Shown one piece after another: positions 19,688 through 29,099 of a DNA stretch of 64,000 nucleotides. The DNA comes from Halobacteriovoraceae bacterium. Its GTDB lineage: Bacteria > Bdellovibrionota > Bacteriovoracia > Bacteriovoracales > Bacteriovoracaceae. The stretch is taken from contig CAVRCF010000001.1 in assembly GCA_963719505.1 (NCBI GenBank), forward strand, positions 96,001 to 160,000. The letters are read 5' to 3'. A program made the translations under genes and the position numbers. The notes under the pieces were generated by a model. The model was given only the letters and a program-made list of their open reading frames with translations. It did no database searches and had not been told where the DNA came from. The stretch's first letter is position 1. Every line of letters starts with the position of its first letter.

Positions 19688-21042
19688 CGAAGAAGATATA
19701 TAAAACATATTTATTGTCTCTAGCATCCTTAATCATTATAGGGGTAATCGCGAGCTTGAACGCCAAATACTTCTCCAGCGACGGGGCGAACTACCTCTTT
19801 ACTCTTTTAAGTACAGGTGAGCTCTACTCGTATCAAGAAGGTCGAGTCGCAGCTCACTATATTTTGAAAACGCCAACCTGGCTTTTGATTACCATGGGTG
19901 TTAAAAACTTTGACCTCATCTCTTTTTCAATGGGTTTTTCTTTTTATCTTCAAATGATTTTAGGTATAGTTCTCTCGTTCAAGATCCTTAGCCAAAAGAA
20001 CAAGATCTATATTTTGTACCCAATCATTTCGACTTTCCTTTTCTCTATGAATACTGAGTACGCCATAGAGTCTGAATCGTTATTTTTAAACTCCGTCTTT
20101 TGGCCTGTCTTCTTTTACATCTACGAGTTCAGAAGATTAGATTGGAATGCTCTTTTATATTTGCCACTCGCTCTTGCTCTCGCTTTCTCCTACGAGACCT
20201 TTTGTCTGATTGCATTGTTTATTATTTTTAATATCTTTAAAAGTAATTTTATTCCGTTAAAAGCAAAGATTACAAGTACCATTTTTCTTTTATTACTTTC
20301 AGCACTCCAGTTAAGAAATATTATTTTCCATGAATATCCAGACAATGTTGGTCGCTATATTTATTCCGTCAAAGCGGGATTTTTTGGACTCGGATCAATG
20401 GGAATGAATTTTTTCCCGTACAGAAATATATATTTTGTTTTTGTGATATTTTTTTCTATCTTTCTCCTCATAAGCGCGTTTTCAAGGACCTTACAAAAGT
20501 CTAAGTATCTCTTTATCTTTCTACTCATAGGTGCCGCTTGCTTGGTCATCACCTACTACTACCCTACAGCGGTCTCTAGGAACTCTCAATTTTCGACCAG
20601 AAGTTTAACATCGATTGCCCCAGCTATTATGTCTCTTATTTTTTTTATTGGACTAAGGACCAGAAAAGTCATCAATTATGCTTTTGTGAGTCAGGGCGTG
20701 ACCTTTATAATTTTATTTCAGTCGCCCCTCTCATTAATAACCACAGTCCACTGGAAAAGTTTTGATCGCAATTTAAATATAGCTTTAAAAGATAAAAATG
20801 GCGTTGTCCTTTTAAGGGATACTTTGATTCGACGAAAGATTGAGTCTGGAGAAATAAGTACAAATTATTTATTTTGGTCAGTTCCACTCTATTCTATTTT
20901 TCTTGATAAAGATAAAACGATCGATGCCCTTTTATACGAAAAAAATTATCACTCTGACATGATGAACATGTTGGATCAAATAAAGCAACACAAAGCTACT
21001 TTTGAAAAATACGGCTTTGAGATGAGAGTCTATGAGCAGTAA
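19684..21042 (+). CDS. Polytopic membrane protein, probable GT-C fold glycosyltransferase
   Basis: About 10-11 hydrophobic segments, Asp in the first loop (SSDGANY), located between GT2 genes. Confidence 0.55.
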   Translation: MTKKIYKTYLLSLASLIIIGVIASLNAKYFSSDGANYLFTLLSTGELYSYQEGRVAAHYILKTPTWLLITMGVKNFDLISFSMGFSFYLQMILGIVLSFKILSQKNKIYILYPIISTFLFSMNTEYAIESESLFLNSVFWPVFFYIYEFRRLDWNALLYLPLALALAFSYETFCLIALFIIFNIFKSNFIPLKAKITSTIFLLLLSALQLRNIIFHEYPDNVGRYIYSVKAGFFGLGSMGMNFFPYRNIYFVFVIFFSIFLLISAFSRTLQKSKYLFIFLLIGAACLVITYYYPTAVSRNSQFSTRSLTSIAPAIMSLIFFIGLRTRKVINYAFVSQGVTFIILFQSPLSLITTVHWKSFDRNLNIALKDKNGVVLLRDTLIRRKIESGEISTNYLFWSVPLYSIFLDKDKTIDALLYEKNYHSDMMNMLDQIKQHKATFEKYGFEMRVYEQ

Positions 21043-21730
21043 GATACAACTAAATATCATTCTGCCCATTTATAATGAAGAAGAGAACTTAGATGCATTA
21101 ATTCTCGAAATCATTGCCACATCAAAAAGAAATAATATTGATCCAACTATCGTCACAGTTAACGATGGAAGTACTGATGAAACAAAAAGGGTTATTTCTA
21201 AATACTCAGAACTTATCAGTATTATTTACTGTGAGCATTCAATGAATAAAGGGTATGCCAAAAGTATTTGTACCGGTATTAAAGAGGCAAACAATGGCGG
21301 CTATCTTCTTATCATGGACTCCGATAACCAATTCAATTTCAATAGCATCATACAACTTCTGGCCTATAGAGAAGATTACGATGTCATTATCGGCCAAAGG
21401 CAAGACAGAAAAGATAATTTTTTAAGAAGACTCTTAGGGAAAGTCTGGAGCCTTATAGGACGAGCTATCTTCCAAACAAGAATCCCCGATCTTAATTGTG
21501 GCTTTAAGCTTTTTAAAACAGATCTCATCAAGAAAGTTCAGATTGATTCTAAGGGGCCAGGGGTTAACTTGGAAATATTCTCTGATCCAATCATAAAGTC
21601 TTGTTTAATCAAGAAGGTTAATATTGAACACTACCCTAGAGAGTTTGGTGTTCAGTCCGGAGCGAGTGTGAAAACAATTACCTCCAGTCTTAGCGATCTA
21701 TTTGTCATCACGAGGAAGAGGTTTTTTTAG
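21032..21730 (+). CDS. GT2 glycosyltransferase (DPM1-like)
   Basis: ILPIYNEE, VNDGSTD, NKGY, MDSDNQF, DLNCGFKLF. Confidence 0.9.
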   Translation: MSSKIQLNIILPIYNEEENLDALILEIIATSKRNNIDPTIVTVNDGSTDETKRVISKYSELISIIYCEHSMNKGYAKSICTGIKEANNGGYLLIMDSDNQFNFNSIIQLLAYREDYDVIIGQRQDRKDNFLRRLLGKVWSLIGRAIFQTRIPDLNCGFKLFKTDLIKKVQIDSKGPGVNLEIFSDPIIKSCLIKKVNIEHYPREFGVQSGASVKTITSSLSDLFVITRKRFF

Positions 21731-23186
21731 CTTTAGAAGCTTAACTTCATACCCTTGCCCAAGCCAAAACTGAGTCCCCTCAACATAGACATAGTTCTCT
21801 TTAATAAAGTTATTTAGCTTTTCAGAGAATAAGAGACACGTTGTAGTCATAGGTTATAAGAGGGGGAACGATCCTTCTCGTGATAATACTTTCTTCTATA
21901 AACTCTTTCTCTTCTTTTGACATCATTAGAAAAACACCTTCGTGAATGAATTGGTAACTCCCTATATGTTGACGAAATGTTGCAAACAGTGGGTTCCCCC
22001 CAAAGATGATATCGTTTTTTTGCGTATGTTTAGTGATGTAACTTAAAATTTTTTCTTGGGTTTCACGATAGGATGACTTTTTTGTACTATACCTTGGATA
22101 GGTATAATATAAATTGACACTAACAAGCCCAATTACGAGAAGGCCTTGAACTTCTTTTCGCTTAAACACCTCTAAAAAGCACATCACAAAGTATAGAATT
22201 GATGGAATAAGGATTAAATAGAACTGTAAAGCTGAGACAGGGACTAGTAATAATGAATATATAAAACCAAAAGATATTAATCCCAAACAAGACGCTAAAC
22301 TTATTTATTGATCTGCCTTTTATACTTCTAAAGAGCTCAGCACAAAGACCCAACCCACAAAATAGTAACTCAAACTTCATTCCCCTGAAAAATGCGGATG
22401 TATGATAGATATGACTTCCAACCTTTTTCCACTTAAAGTTTGTCATTATATTTTGTTCTATAAATTCATCCCCCGCATTAAGAAGACAAAAGACTAAATA
22501 GAGAAGAAGAAATGGAGTCAATAAAAGACAAAAGCACTTTAAGTTTTCAATCAACAGATCGCGTTTACTTTTAAAGGCAAACAAGAAAATATGGCAAACA
22601 ATTAAGCTGGGTAAAAGAACCAAATACTTTTGCGTAAAGATGATGGCCACCCCATAATACAAATAGCTCATGTTTAGCTTCTTGACGTTATTTAGCTTAA
22701 TGCCCTTAACAAGATAGAAGAGACTAAGCATAGCAAAAAACAGACCTGGAACATCAGGTCTAAATTCAATTGCTTTACTCAAGAAGACACTATTGGCTAT
22801 AAAGAGCAATAAAGTGAGGTAAGCAAAAAAGTTATTTTTTATTAATGAAATTATCTTTACCATGACGACTGAACTCATAATAAAAAATATCTGTAAAAAA
22901 TAGCGAGATGTTTTGAATAGACCGAGTGTTTCTTCTGACTTGTTTCTAAATCTGTATAAAAACTAAATAAAAATGAACTTAGAATATATAAACCTGGAAA
23001 ATGATGCTCAAAATAGTCCCTATAAGGAACCTTTCCATTAAAGAGATTCCAAGTAGCATTGAGATGTTGAAATTCATCATGGTCGTAATATCTTGTTTCA
23101 ATCAAGATCACTCTCAAAAAAAGAAATGCCAAAATTAAGACGAAGACGCAAAGATAGAGAATATTGAGAACCTTCTTATCTTTCAT
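21730..23186 (-). pseudogene. ArnT/GT39-like membrane glycosyltransferase in at least 3-4 frameshifted fragments
   Basis: Consecutive ORFs 22875-23186 (DHDEFQHL, PYRDYFEHHFP), 22162-22878 (EFRPD, TQK) and 21822-22286. The left end is approximate. Confidence 0.7.
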
Positions 23187-24215
23187 AAATTCTCACCCAT
23201 TACTCTTCTAACTGTATTATAGATAGCCCTATGCCCTTGTTCCTTCCAATGTCCATATTCTTTAAAGACGTGACCACTTTCTTTTTTAATCGCTCTAAAT
23301 TCTGGTCTGGCAGAGAAGCAGTCGATATTTTGCTCTTTACAGAAATCGAACATAAACGTCTCGTACTTAAAATCCTTCGTCTCCATCACATTAGCTTCTT
23401 GAGCAATTGGTGTATAAATAATATTCAGTTTTGAATGGTTTTTTTGAGCGACAACGACCATTTCTTCTAGGATTTTTGTTGCCATAAACTTTATCTCTTT
23501 AACGTATTTGAGATTATTATAACTGAGTCTCATATACATGATCGGTAATAACTCTAGCGATTTTAAACGCCAAAACTCTTTCTCGATAGCTTGATCTCTT
23601 TTCACAATATGATCAGTGTGTAGTACTAGTTTATCTTCCCATGTATAATATGGTTTAAAATAGTCATGAAAGCTTAGAATGTTTCGGTGAAGATCGGTAA
23701 AGTTGAAAAAGATGAATTGTCCTTACTGGTTTATACTTTTCGACATACCTTTTAAAAGTAAGAAGCATTTGATCATTTCCATAACCACTAACACCTAAAT
23801 TATAAAATTTATATTCTTTAGAGTTCGAATTTAAGATAGATGCGTATCCTTATCACTAGATTCATCTCCAAAAACAAAAGAATCTCCAAGAAGAAAAACA
23901 ACTTTTTGGTGCTCTGTTGAAAAATCAAATTGATTACGATACCCCAACGAGTTTGTTGTCAATTTTTGATCATTTTGAAATGTATCTATTTTTAATTTGG
24001 CTTATATATCCACCCAAGCTCAGGATCAAACACCATAAGTGTATACTGCTTTTCTGGGGAATATCCTTATTGAACTTGTACCACGTAACTCGTCTATAAA
24101 AAGAATGAGGTGAGGCAACTCTTTGTGACAGGTAATCATTAAATAGTATGAATCTTGCAATTAATTCTAGAATAATGAACACGATACATATTAGAATGAT
24201 AAAATAGGGGATTTT
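23183..24215 (-). pseudogene. SGNH/GDSL hydrolase-family protein, multiply frameshifted
   Basis: Manual minus-strand reading gives TNSLGYR (~23935-23960) and VFLLGDSFVFG (~23870-23900). The C-terminal ORF has YGHWKEQGH. The right end is approximate. Confidence 0.7.
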
Positions 24216-24229
24216 GTTTACTTAACACC

Positions 24230-25775
24230 ATGGATCAACTTATCAATAAAAAAAGTTACTCTCTCATTTATATCTTAATTTTATCAGTATATCTTATCGC
24301 CGGTTTACTTGTACATGACAATTATGGGATTACCTGGGACGAGTTTCGAAATAAAGATTACGCTCAACAGATGAGTAAAACATGGGATAAAACGGATTAC
24401 AACAAGGTTGTAGGAGACGGCGAGTCCCATGCAGCCCTCGAGGAGCCCTATATCTGATAGCTCTCAATAAACTCGATAGTTTTTTTGTTCCTGAAGATAA
24501 TATTTATAAAAGCTTTAAAGTGAGAAGGCTTATTAATCATCTTTTCTTTTTTATAAGTTCTATTCTCTTTCTTCTTTTGTCAGAAAATTATTTGTCAGAC
24601 GAAAGGTTTTCTCTCATCAGTATCCTTATGTTCCTTCTCATGCCCAGAATGTACGCCCATAGTTTTTATAATCCTATCGATATACCATTTTTATGCTTCT
24701 TTACATTTTTTCTTATTTCCCTTCATTCACTTATCAAAAAGCTTACTTGGAAAGGGTTAATTTTAAACTCTATTATCTGTGCCATCGTTACGCATCTAAG
24801 AACAGTTGGAGAAATAAGTATACTGATCACGATGATATTTCTTTTTGTAAATCTGATACAGCAAAAAGCCTATACCAAAGACTTAAAGTTTCATTTTGTT
24901 TTTCATCGTTACTAGTATCAGCCTCTATATCCTGATAACTCCCTTTCTTTGGCCTAATCTCTTTGAGCGCTTTATTGTTTTGCATAATTACAGCTTATAC
25001 TACCAGCCCGTGATTCACGCTATTCTCTCTTAGGTGATGTCATTCCAAGCAACCAACTCCCATGGCACTACACAATTACCTGGATCTCTATTACTCTCCC
25101 TTCCATATATCTACTCGGTTTTATGTATTCATACACAACTAGTTTAATAAACATAAAGGGCCATATAAAATTGAATGATATATTCAGTACCCTTATATTT
25201 ATCTTTATTTCGATTATTCTCTTTGCGGCCTGTGCTTTCAACTATTCAAAATATAATGATTGGAGACATTTTTATTTTATTTATCCAGCCATTATTCTTT
25301 TAACAACAATAACTCTATCAAAAATATCAAACTACAAGATCAAGAACTTAATCGTTTTGATCTTTGGTATTCAGTTTGTCCTTACCATCTATGATATTGT
25401 CTCATTCCACCCACACCAGATTACATACTTCAATCGATTAAGTGGTGGAATTACAAAAGCCGAAGGTAACTTCCCTTTAGAATATTTTGGAAGTTCTTTC
25501 CGTCAATCTCTAGAATATATCGACCTTGAAGATCAAAGCAGGAAAAAATTAAAGTTGCTTTTTTTCCTCTTCCAATTGGTTTAGATAATCTGAATGCGCT
25601 TCCCAAAAAGATGCGTAGTCGGTTTGAACTATCCTCTGCCCAAGAAGCAGATTACCTTTTAACAAAGTGGATTTTTAAGCCATATACGAAAAGCCTTGAG
25701 AGATATAAGCCTTACTTATACAAGTCACTGAAGGTGAAAGATATTTCAATTCACAAGATATATAAACTCAAATAA
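24230..25775 (+). pseudogene. GT-C (GT39-like) membrane glycosyltransferase in about 5 fragments
   Basis: DNYGITWDE, PRMYAHSFYNPIDIPF, PWHY..W..ITLP, WRHFYFIYP and HPHQITYFN lie in successive reading frames. Confidence 0.72.
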
Positions 25776-25843
25776 CGTCATTACAAATCTGTTGCTAAAG
25801 CCTTACCACGACTGAGAAGTTGTTACTAAAAGGCCCTTCAGAG

Positions 25844-25864
25844 CTTAACCCTCCGCACAACTCA
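25844..25864 (+). repeat. Direct repeat B, right copy
   Basis: CTTAACCCTCCGCACAACTCA. Confidence 0.65.
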
Positions 25865-25894
25865 GATAAAAAAAGTCCTCTCTTTAGCCTAATT

Positions 25895-25920
25895 TTAATG
25901 ATTCCCAAATCGCTAATTTT
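25895..25920 (+). repeat. Direct repeat A, right copy
   Basis: TTAATGATTCCCAAATCGCTAATTTT. Confidence 0.85.
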
Positions 25921-25930
25921 TCACTATGAT
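25902..25930 (+). promoter_or_regulatory. Sigma70-type promoter of the tRNA
   Basis: TTCCCA-N17-TATGAT, about 20 nt upstream of the tRNA. Confidence 0.55.
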
Positions 25931-25949
25931 CTTACGCCTAACCCCATAT

Positions 25950-26026
25950 GGAGCATTAGCTCAGTTGGTTAGAGCCCCCGGCTCATAACCGGGTGGTCGC
26001 AAGTTCAAGTCTTGCATGCTCCACCA
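25950..26026 (+). tRNA. tRNA with CAT anticodon (Ile2/lysidine type more likely than elongator Met; not initiator)
   Basis: GGAGCAT/ATGCTCC acceptor stem, D arm TAGCTCAGTTGGTTAGAGC, anticodon arm CCCGG-CTCATAA-CCGGG, GTTCAAG T loop, encoded CCA. G1-C72 is paired and the 3GC run is absent, so it is not fMet. Confidence 0.95.
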
Positions 26027-26030
26027 ATTT

Positions 26031-26082
26031 AAAAAAGCCCAGTGAATATGAGCGCAAGCGATTATTTATTGGGCTTTTTTAA
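26031..26082 (+). terminator. Long terminator hairpin after the tRNA
   Basis: AAAAAAGCCCAGTGAATA...TATTTATTGGGCTTTTTT with a GAGC-GCAA-GCGA tip. Confidence 0.75.
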
Positions 26083-26097
26083 TTTGTGATTATGGGT

Positions 26098-26220
26098 GAG
26101 ACTTGAAGGGAACAAAAGGCGCCATCAGGCGAAAAGTGAGCAGGAGCGAACGACAGCTTTTGTGAGGTGAGGCTACGCAGGTTTGAGCTGGATGCGAAAA
26201 CCGTAGGAGCCAAGTCTTGC
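26098..26220 (+). other. tRNA-associated multi-branch palindromic element
   Basis: Outer stem GAGACTTG/CAAGTCTT, inner arms ACAAAAG/CTTTTGT and GGTTT/AAACC. The ends repeat the tRNA T-arm sequence. Confidence 0.6.
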
Positions 26221-26360
26221 TCTAGTTAAATAAATCAATTGATGAGTTTTAAAGAAGCTCGTCCAAAAACTAGCGTTTTTGCAGTCTTTTTTATTTCAAG
26301 TATTTACTAATTCCAATAGTCCCCCCTCTCTTGCTTATTAGAAGCTAGCAAGAAGAATTT

Positions 26361-26831
26361 ATGAGCAACTTTAGAATCAACAAACCATTTGAAACAAGCC
26401 CCCCTAGACTTAAAGATTTAATAAATGAACATGTTATGGGTGATGTTTGGATTCGAGATACGCCGTTTGGACCTATTACCGATTCACTTAAGATTGCTGA
26501 ACATTTTGAAATGAAACATCACAACATTCTTAGGGCCATTGATAAGTGCAATGAGGAACTTGCCATTCAACTCAGATTTGAGTTGAATGAAAACTTCATA
26601 GAAAACAGTTACTTAGGAGGAGCAAAAGGCAAGACGAGAAAAACACGTAAAGTAGATATCACAGAGTTTGGCCTCATGCTGCTACTACTATATATCAACA
26701 CACCAAAAGCCAGAATGATTTCAGCAGAGATTTTATATCGTTTCTTTATCCTCAAAAGCTATGTCGATGGACTGAATGAAAATCAAATCGATGCACTAAA
26801 GGGATATTACAGAAAAAGAATGAAGGATTAG
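26361..26831 (+). CDS. Rha family phage regulatory protein
   Basis: ITDSLKIAEHFEMKHHNILRAID, then FIENSY and ITEFGLMLL. Confidence 0.85.
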   Translation: MSNFRINKPFETSPPRLKDLINEHVMGDVWIRDTPFGPITDSLKIAEHFEMKHHNILRAIDKCNEELAIQLRFELNENFIENSYLGGAKGKTRKTRKVDITEFGLMLLLLYINTPKARMISAEILYRFFILKSYVDGLNENQIDALKGYYRKRMKD

Positions 26832-26861
26832 TACAAGGGCCTTTTATTCCTATAGACAAAC

Positions 26862-27212
26862 TTACAACCAAGCATTTTTAATCGCTTCATACCCTACAGG
26901 ATCATATTCTTTCAATTCTACTCTGTTTTTTGGAAAATAATCATCCGCTCCGAAATAAGCCTCTGTTAACTCTGCAAAGTATTCTTCAAGGTTTGTAAGG
27001 ACGTATGCTTTAACAAAACTTCCATCCCCATTTCTTGATGGAACACTTGAGTAAAGTCCAGTTGTCTGAGCATTTTTATAAGCTCTGATAACTGCCTCAT
27101 TATCTATGCCTACCTCATAATAATGATAACCATGAGAGAGTTCATGTAACAAAACAAATGGCGCGTAAGTAAAAGTTTTATGTCTGACTAAAACTTCTTT
27201 CGGATTTTTAAA
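26862..27212 (-). pseudogene. N-terminally truncated zinc metallopeptidase (anthrax LF/MtfA-like C-terminal part)
   Basis: LLHELSHGYH, TNLEEYFAELTEAYFG, ELKEYDP. An in-frame stop lies about 25 codons upstream of HEXXH with no suitable start. Confidence 0.7.
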
Positions 27213-27238
27213 TTAAACAATTTAATAAACAGAATTGA

Positions 27239-27877
27239 TTAGAACTTTTTATAGAAACTTAAAGCAGGTACAAGGCTACTCCCTGCACTCATTACAGTAA
27301 CAGCAGTGTTTGGAAGAAGGTCTTTATCATCAATAAACAGGGTCTGTAAGCCTGCCATAGCTAATGGTATGGTCCCAGCAATATAAATTGAATTACGATC
27401 ATTTCTACCTTCAACCATTGTTGATAATAAGATCGCTAATCCAGAATTAATGGCCAGGTTTTTAAGCCTAAGCTTTCTTTCTTTTATTCTGAACTTTAGA
27501 GCATCTTCATTTGATATTTCTCGAAGAAAGTTCATTCCCTTCTTATCTGTGATTCGACAGTCCCGAGAAGAACTCAGCAAAGAGTCAATTCCCACAACCG
27601 TGCCTAAGACAGCAGTGAGAAACATTTGTGCGTCTGTTGAAAACTTCTTACCATCCCTATTGTCTTCAATATTTTTTACAGCAACTCTTGTTGCATAAAA
27701 AGCTGAAATTGCAGTCACTCCTGGTAAGTATTCGTAACCTGTCTTTCTTTGTTTATTAGTTTTCTCTGAACAATTTGGAGGAGCCGACATTGAAAAAACT
27801 GAGGTAACTAATACAAAGTTTAAAATAATAAATATTAATTTCATGATAGAAATATCCCCTAGCTTAACTCTTGCCAT
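27239..27877 (-). CDS. Hypothetical exported/membrane protein
   Basis: Probable start at the MKLIFII signal peptide. Several hydrophobic segments. Confidence 0.65.
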   Translation of the reverse strand: MARVKLGDISIMKLIFIILNFVLVTSVFSMSAPPNCSEKTNKQRKTGYEYLPGVTAISAFYATRVAVKNIEDNRDGKKFSTDAQMFLTAVLGTVVGIDSLLSSSRDCRITDKKGMNFLREISNEDALKFRIKERKLRLKNLAINSGLAILLSTMVEGRNDRNSIYIAGTIPLAMAGLQTLFIDDKDLLPNTAVTVMSAGSSLVPALSFYKKF

Positions 27878-27948
27878 CTCTTGATTTAGTTTTAAACCAA
27901 TATTAAGAAAAAGAACAGCTATTGTGGCTAGCTTTCCTAGGCTTTTAG

Positions 27949-28473
27949 TTACAGATTCTCATTTCTCAAAACCATATTTATTTCGAATATCTGATCATCC
28001 AATTTTTCTCTAGATGTTTCAACAAAGCCACTTTTCTCGTAAACTCTGACACCTCGTGGGTTGATGCTAAAAACACCTAAAGTGATTTGTTCTAATTTCA
28101 TTGTTTTAAAAGCATAATCAATTGTTTGCTTCATAGCCTCAGTTCCATACCCTTTATTAAAAAATCTAGGTAAAATAGCAATCCTGATATTTGCAGATTT
28201 ATTTTCAATATGGTTGAGCACGACTTCACCAACAAATTCATTAGTTTTAGTCAGGACAATTGCAAAGTCTTTTCGATTCTTTTTCTCTTTCAATCCATTT
28301 AACCAATCCAGAAGCTTGTCTTTTTCAAATGGAACAAAGGGATCATTCGGCTCGGTTGTTTTATGAACTTCTAAATCATTTACCAACTCAAAATAGTCGT
28401 CAATATAACTCGAATCTAGATCTTTTAGTATTATGCTCACAAATGACTCCCTTACTTTCAAACATTTTTTCAA
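27949..28473 (-). CDS. GNAT N-acetyltransferase (RimJ/RimL-like)
   Basis: FFNKGYGTEA acetyl-CoA motif and NPRGVRVYEKSGF. Confidence 0.9.
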   Translation of the reverse strand: MKKCLKVRESFVSIILKDLDSSYIDDYFELVNDLEVHKTTEPNDPFVPFEKDKLLDWLNGLKEKKNRKDFAIVLTKTNEFVGEVVLNHIENKSANIRIAILPRFFNKGYGTEAMKQTIDYAFKTMKLEQITLGVFSINPRGVRVYEKSGFVETSREKLDDQIFEINMVLRNENL

Positions 28474-28684
28474 AAAATATTATAGCATCGATAAAGAGTT
28501 TTGGTTTGGAAAATGTGTGGGCCATTTAGTTTTTAAAAAAATTAAGTCACTTCTATCCATCACTATGATTTTTATCCATACAATTGTTAAGATACTGTTA
28601 GAACCCTAGATTTTAAAGACGATGGATAAATTTCGTTATAACAAGAGCTGCATATATCTATTTTAAATCCAACTGGGAGAAACC

Positions 28685-29002
28685 ATGAAACTACTAACAG
28701 CTGCACTCACACTTTTATCACTATCAAGCTTTGCCAATGAAATAACTATTACTAAAGAAGCTCAAAGCTTAAAGGTTGTTGAAGTTACTATGACTGTTTA
28801 TTGTAAAGAAATGAGAGGCGGTTTTCCAGGTGATGATGCTGATTATACTTGTAATATCGGTACTTTAAAATCTAACCTAGGTAAAAGGCTTGGTTCAATC
28901 GTTGATGTTCAGGGCTTGGATCGCATATCGAACTATGTTTTATCTAATATGGTTGATAATGAAGGCTCTTACCAGACAAAGCTCAGAGTTCTCTTTTACT
29001 AA
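28685..29002 (+). CDS. Small secreted hypothetical protein
   Basis: GGGAG RBS and signal peptide ending SSFA. Confidence 0.7.
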   Translation: MKLLTAALTLLSLSSFANEITITKEAQSLKVVEVTMTVYCKEMRGGFPGDDADYTCNIGTLKSNLGKRLGSIVDVQGLDRISNYVLSNMVDNEGSYQTKLRVLFY

Positions 29003-29010
29003 TAAAACAA

Positions 29011-29043
29011 TGAGTTATCTGACTGATCTAGTTGGATAACTCA
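29011..29043. terminator. Hairpin (probable terminator)
   Basis: TGAGTTATCTGACT-gatct-AGTTGGATAACTCA. Confidence 0.55.
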
Positions 29044-29099
29044 AATATCAGCCAATTTTGCACCCTACATCCCTTCAGTTTTGTCAGCTATAATGAACT

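Larger units (their letters stand above)
17186..25920. mobile_element. tRNA-adjacent surface-glycosylation genomic island (no integrase seen)
   Basis: Flanking direct repeats, adjacency to a tRNA, GT2/GT-C/radical SAM/SGNH cargo, concentration of frameshifts. Confidence 0.65.

Noticed and set aside
26031..28500. Intact prophage or integrative element after the tRNA
   Set aside because: No integrase, terminase, capsid or replication gene. Only Rha is phage-like.
28572..28580. DnaA-box-like TTATCCATA / possible oriC
   Set aside because: A single mismatched box with no cluster of true boxes and no origin-linked genes.
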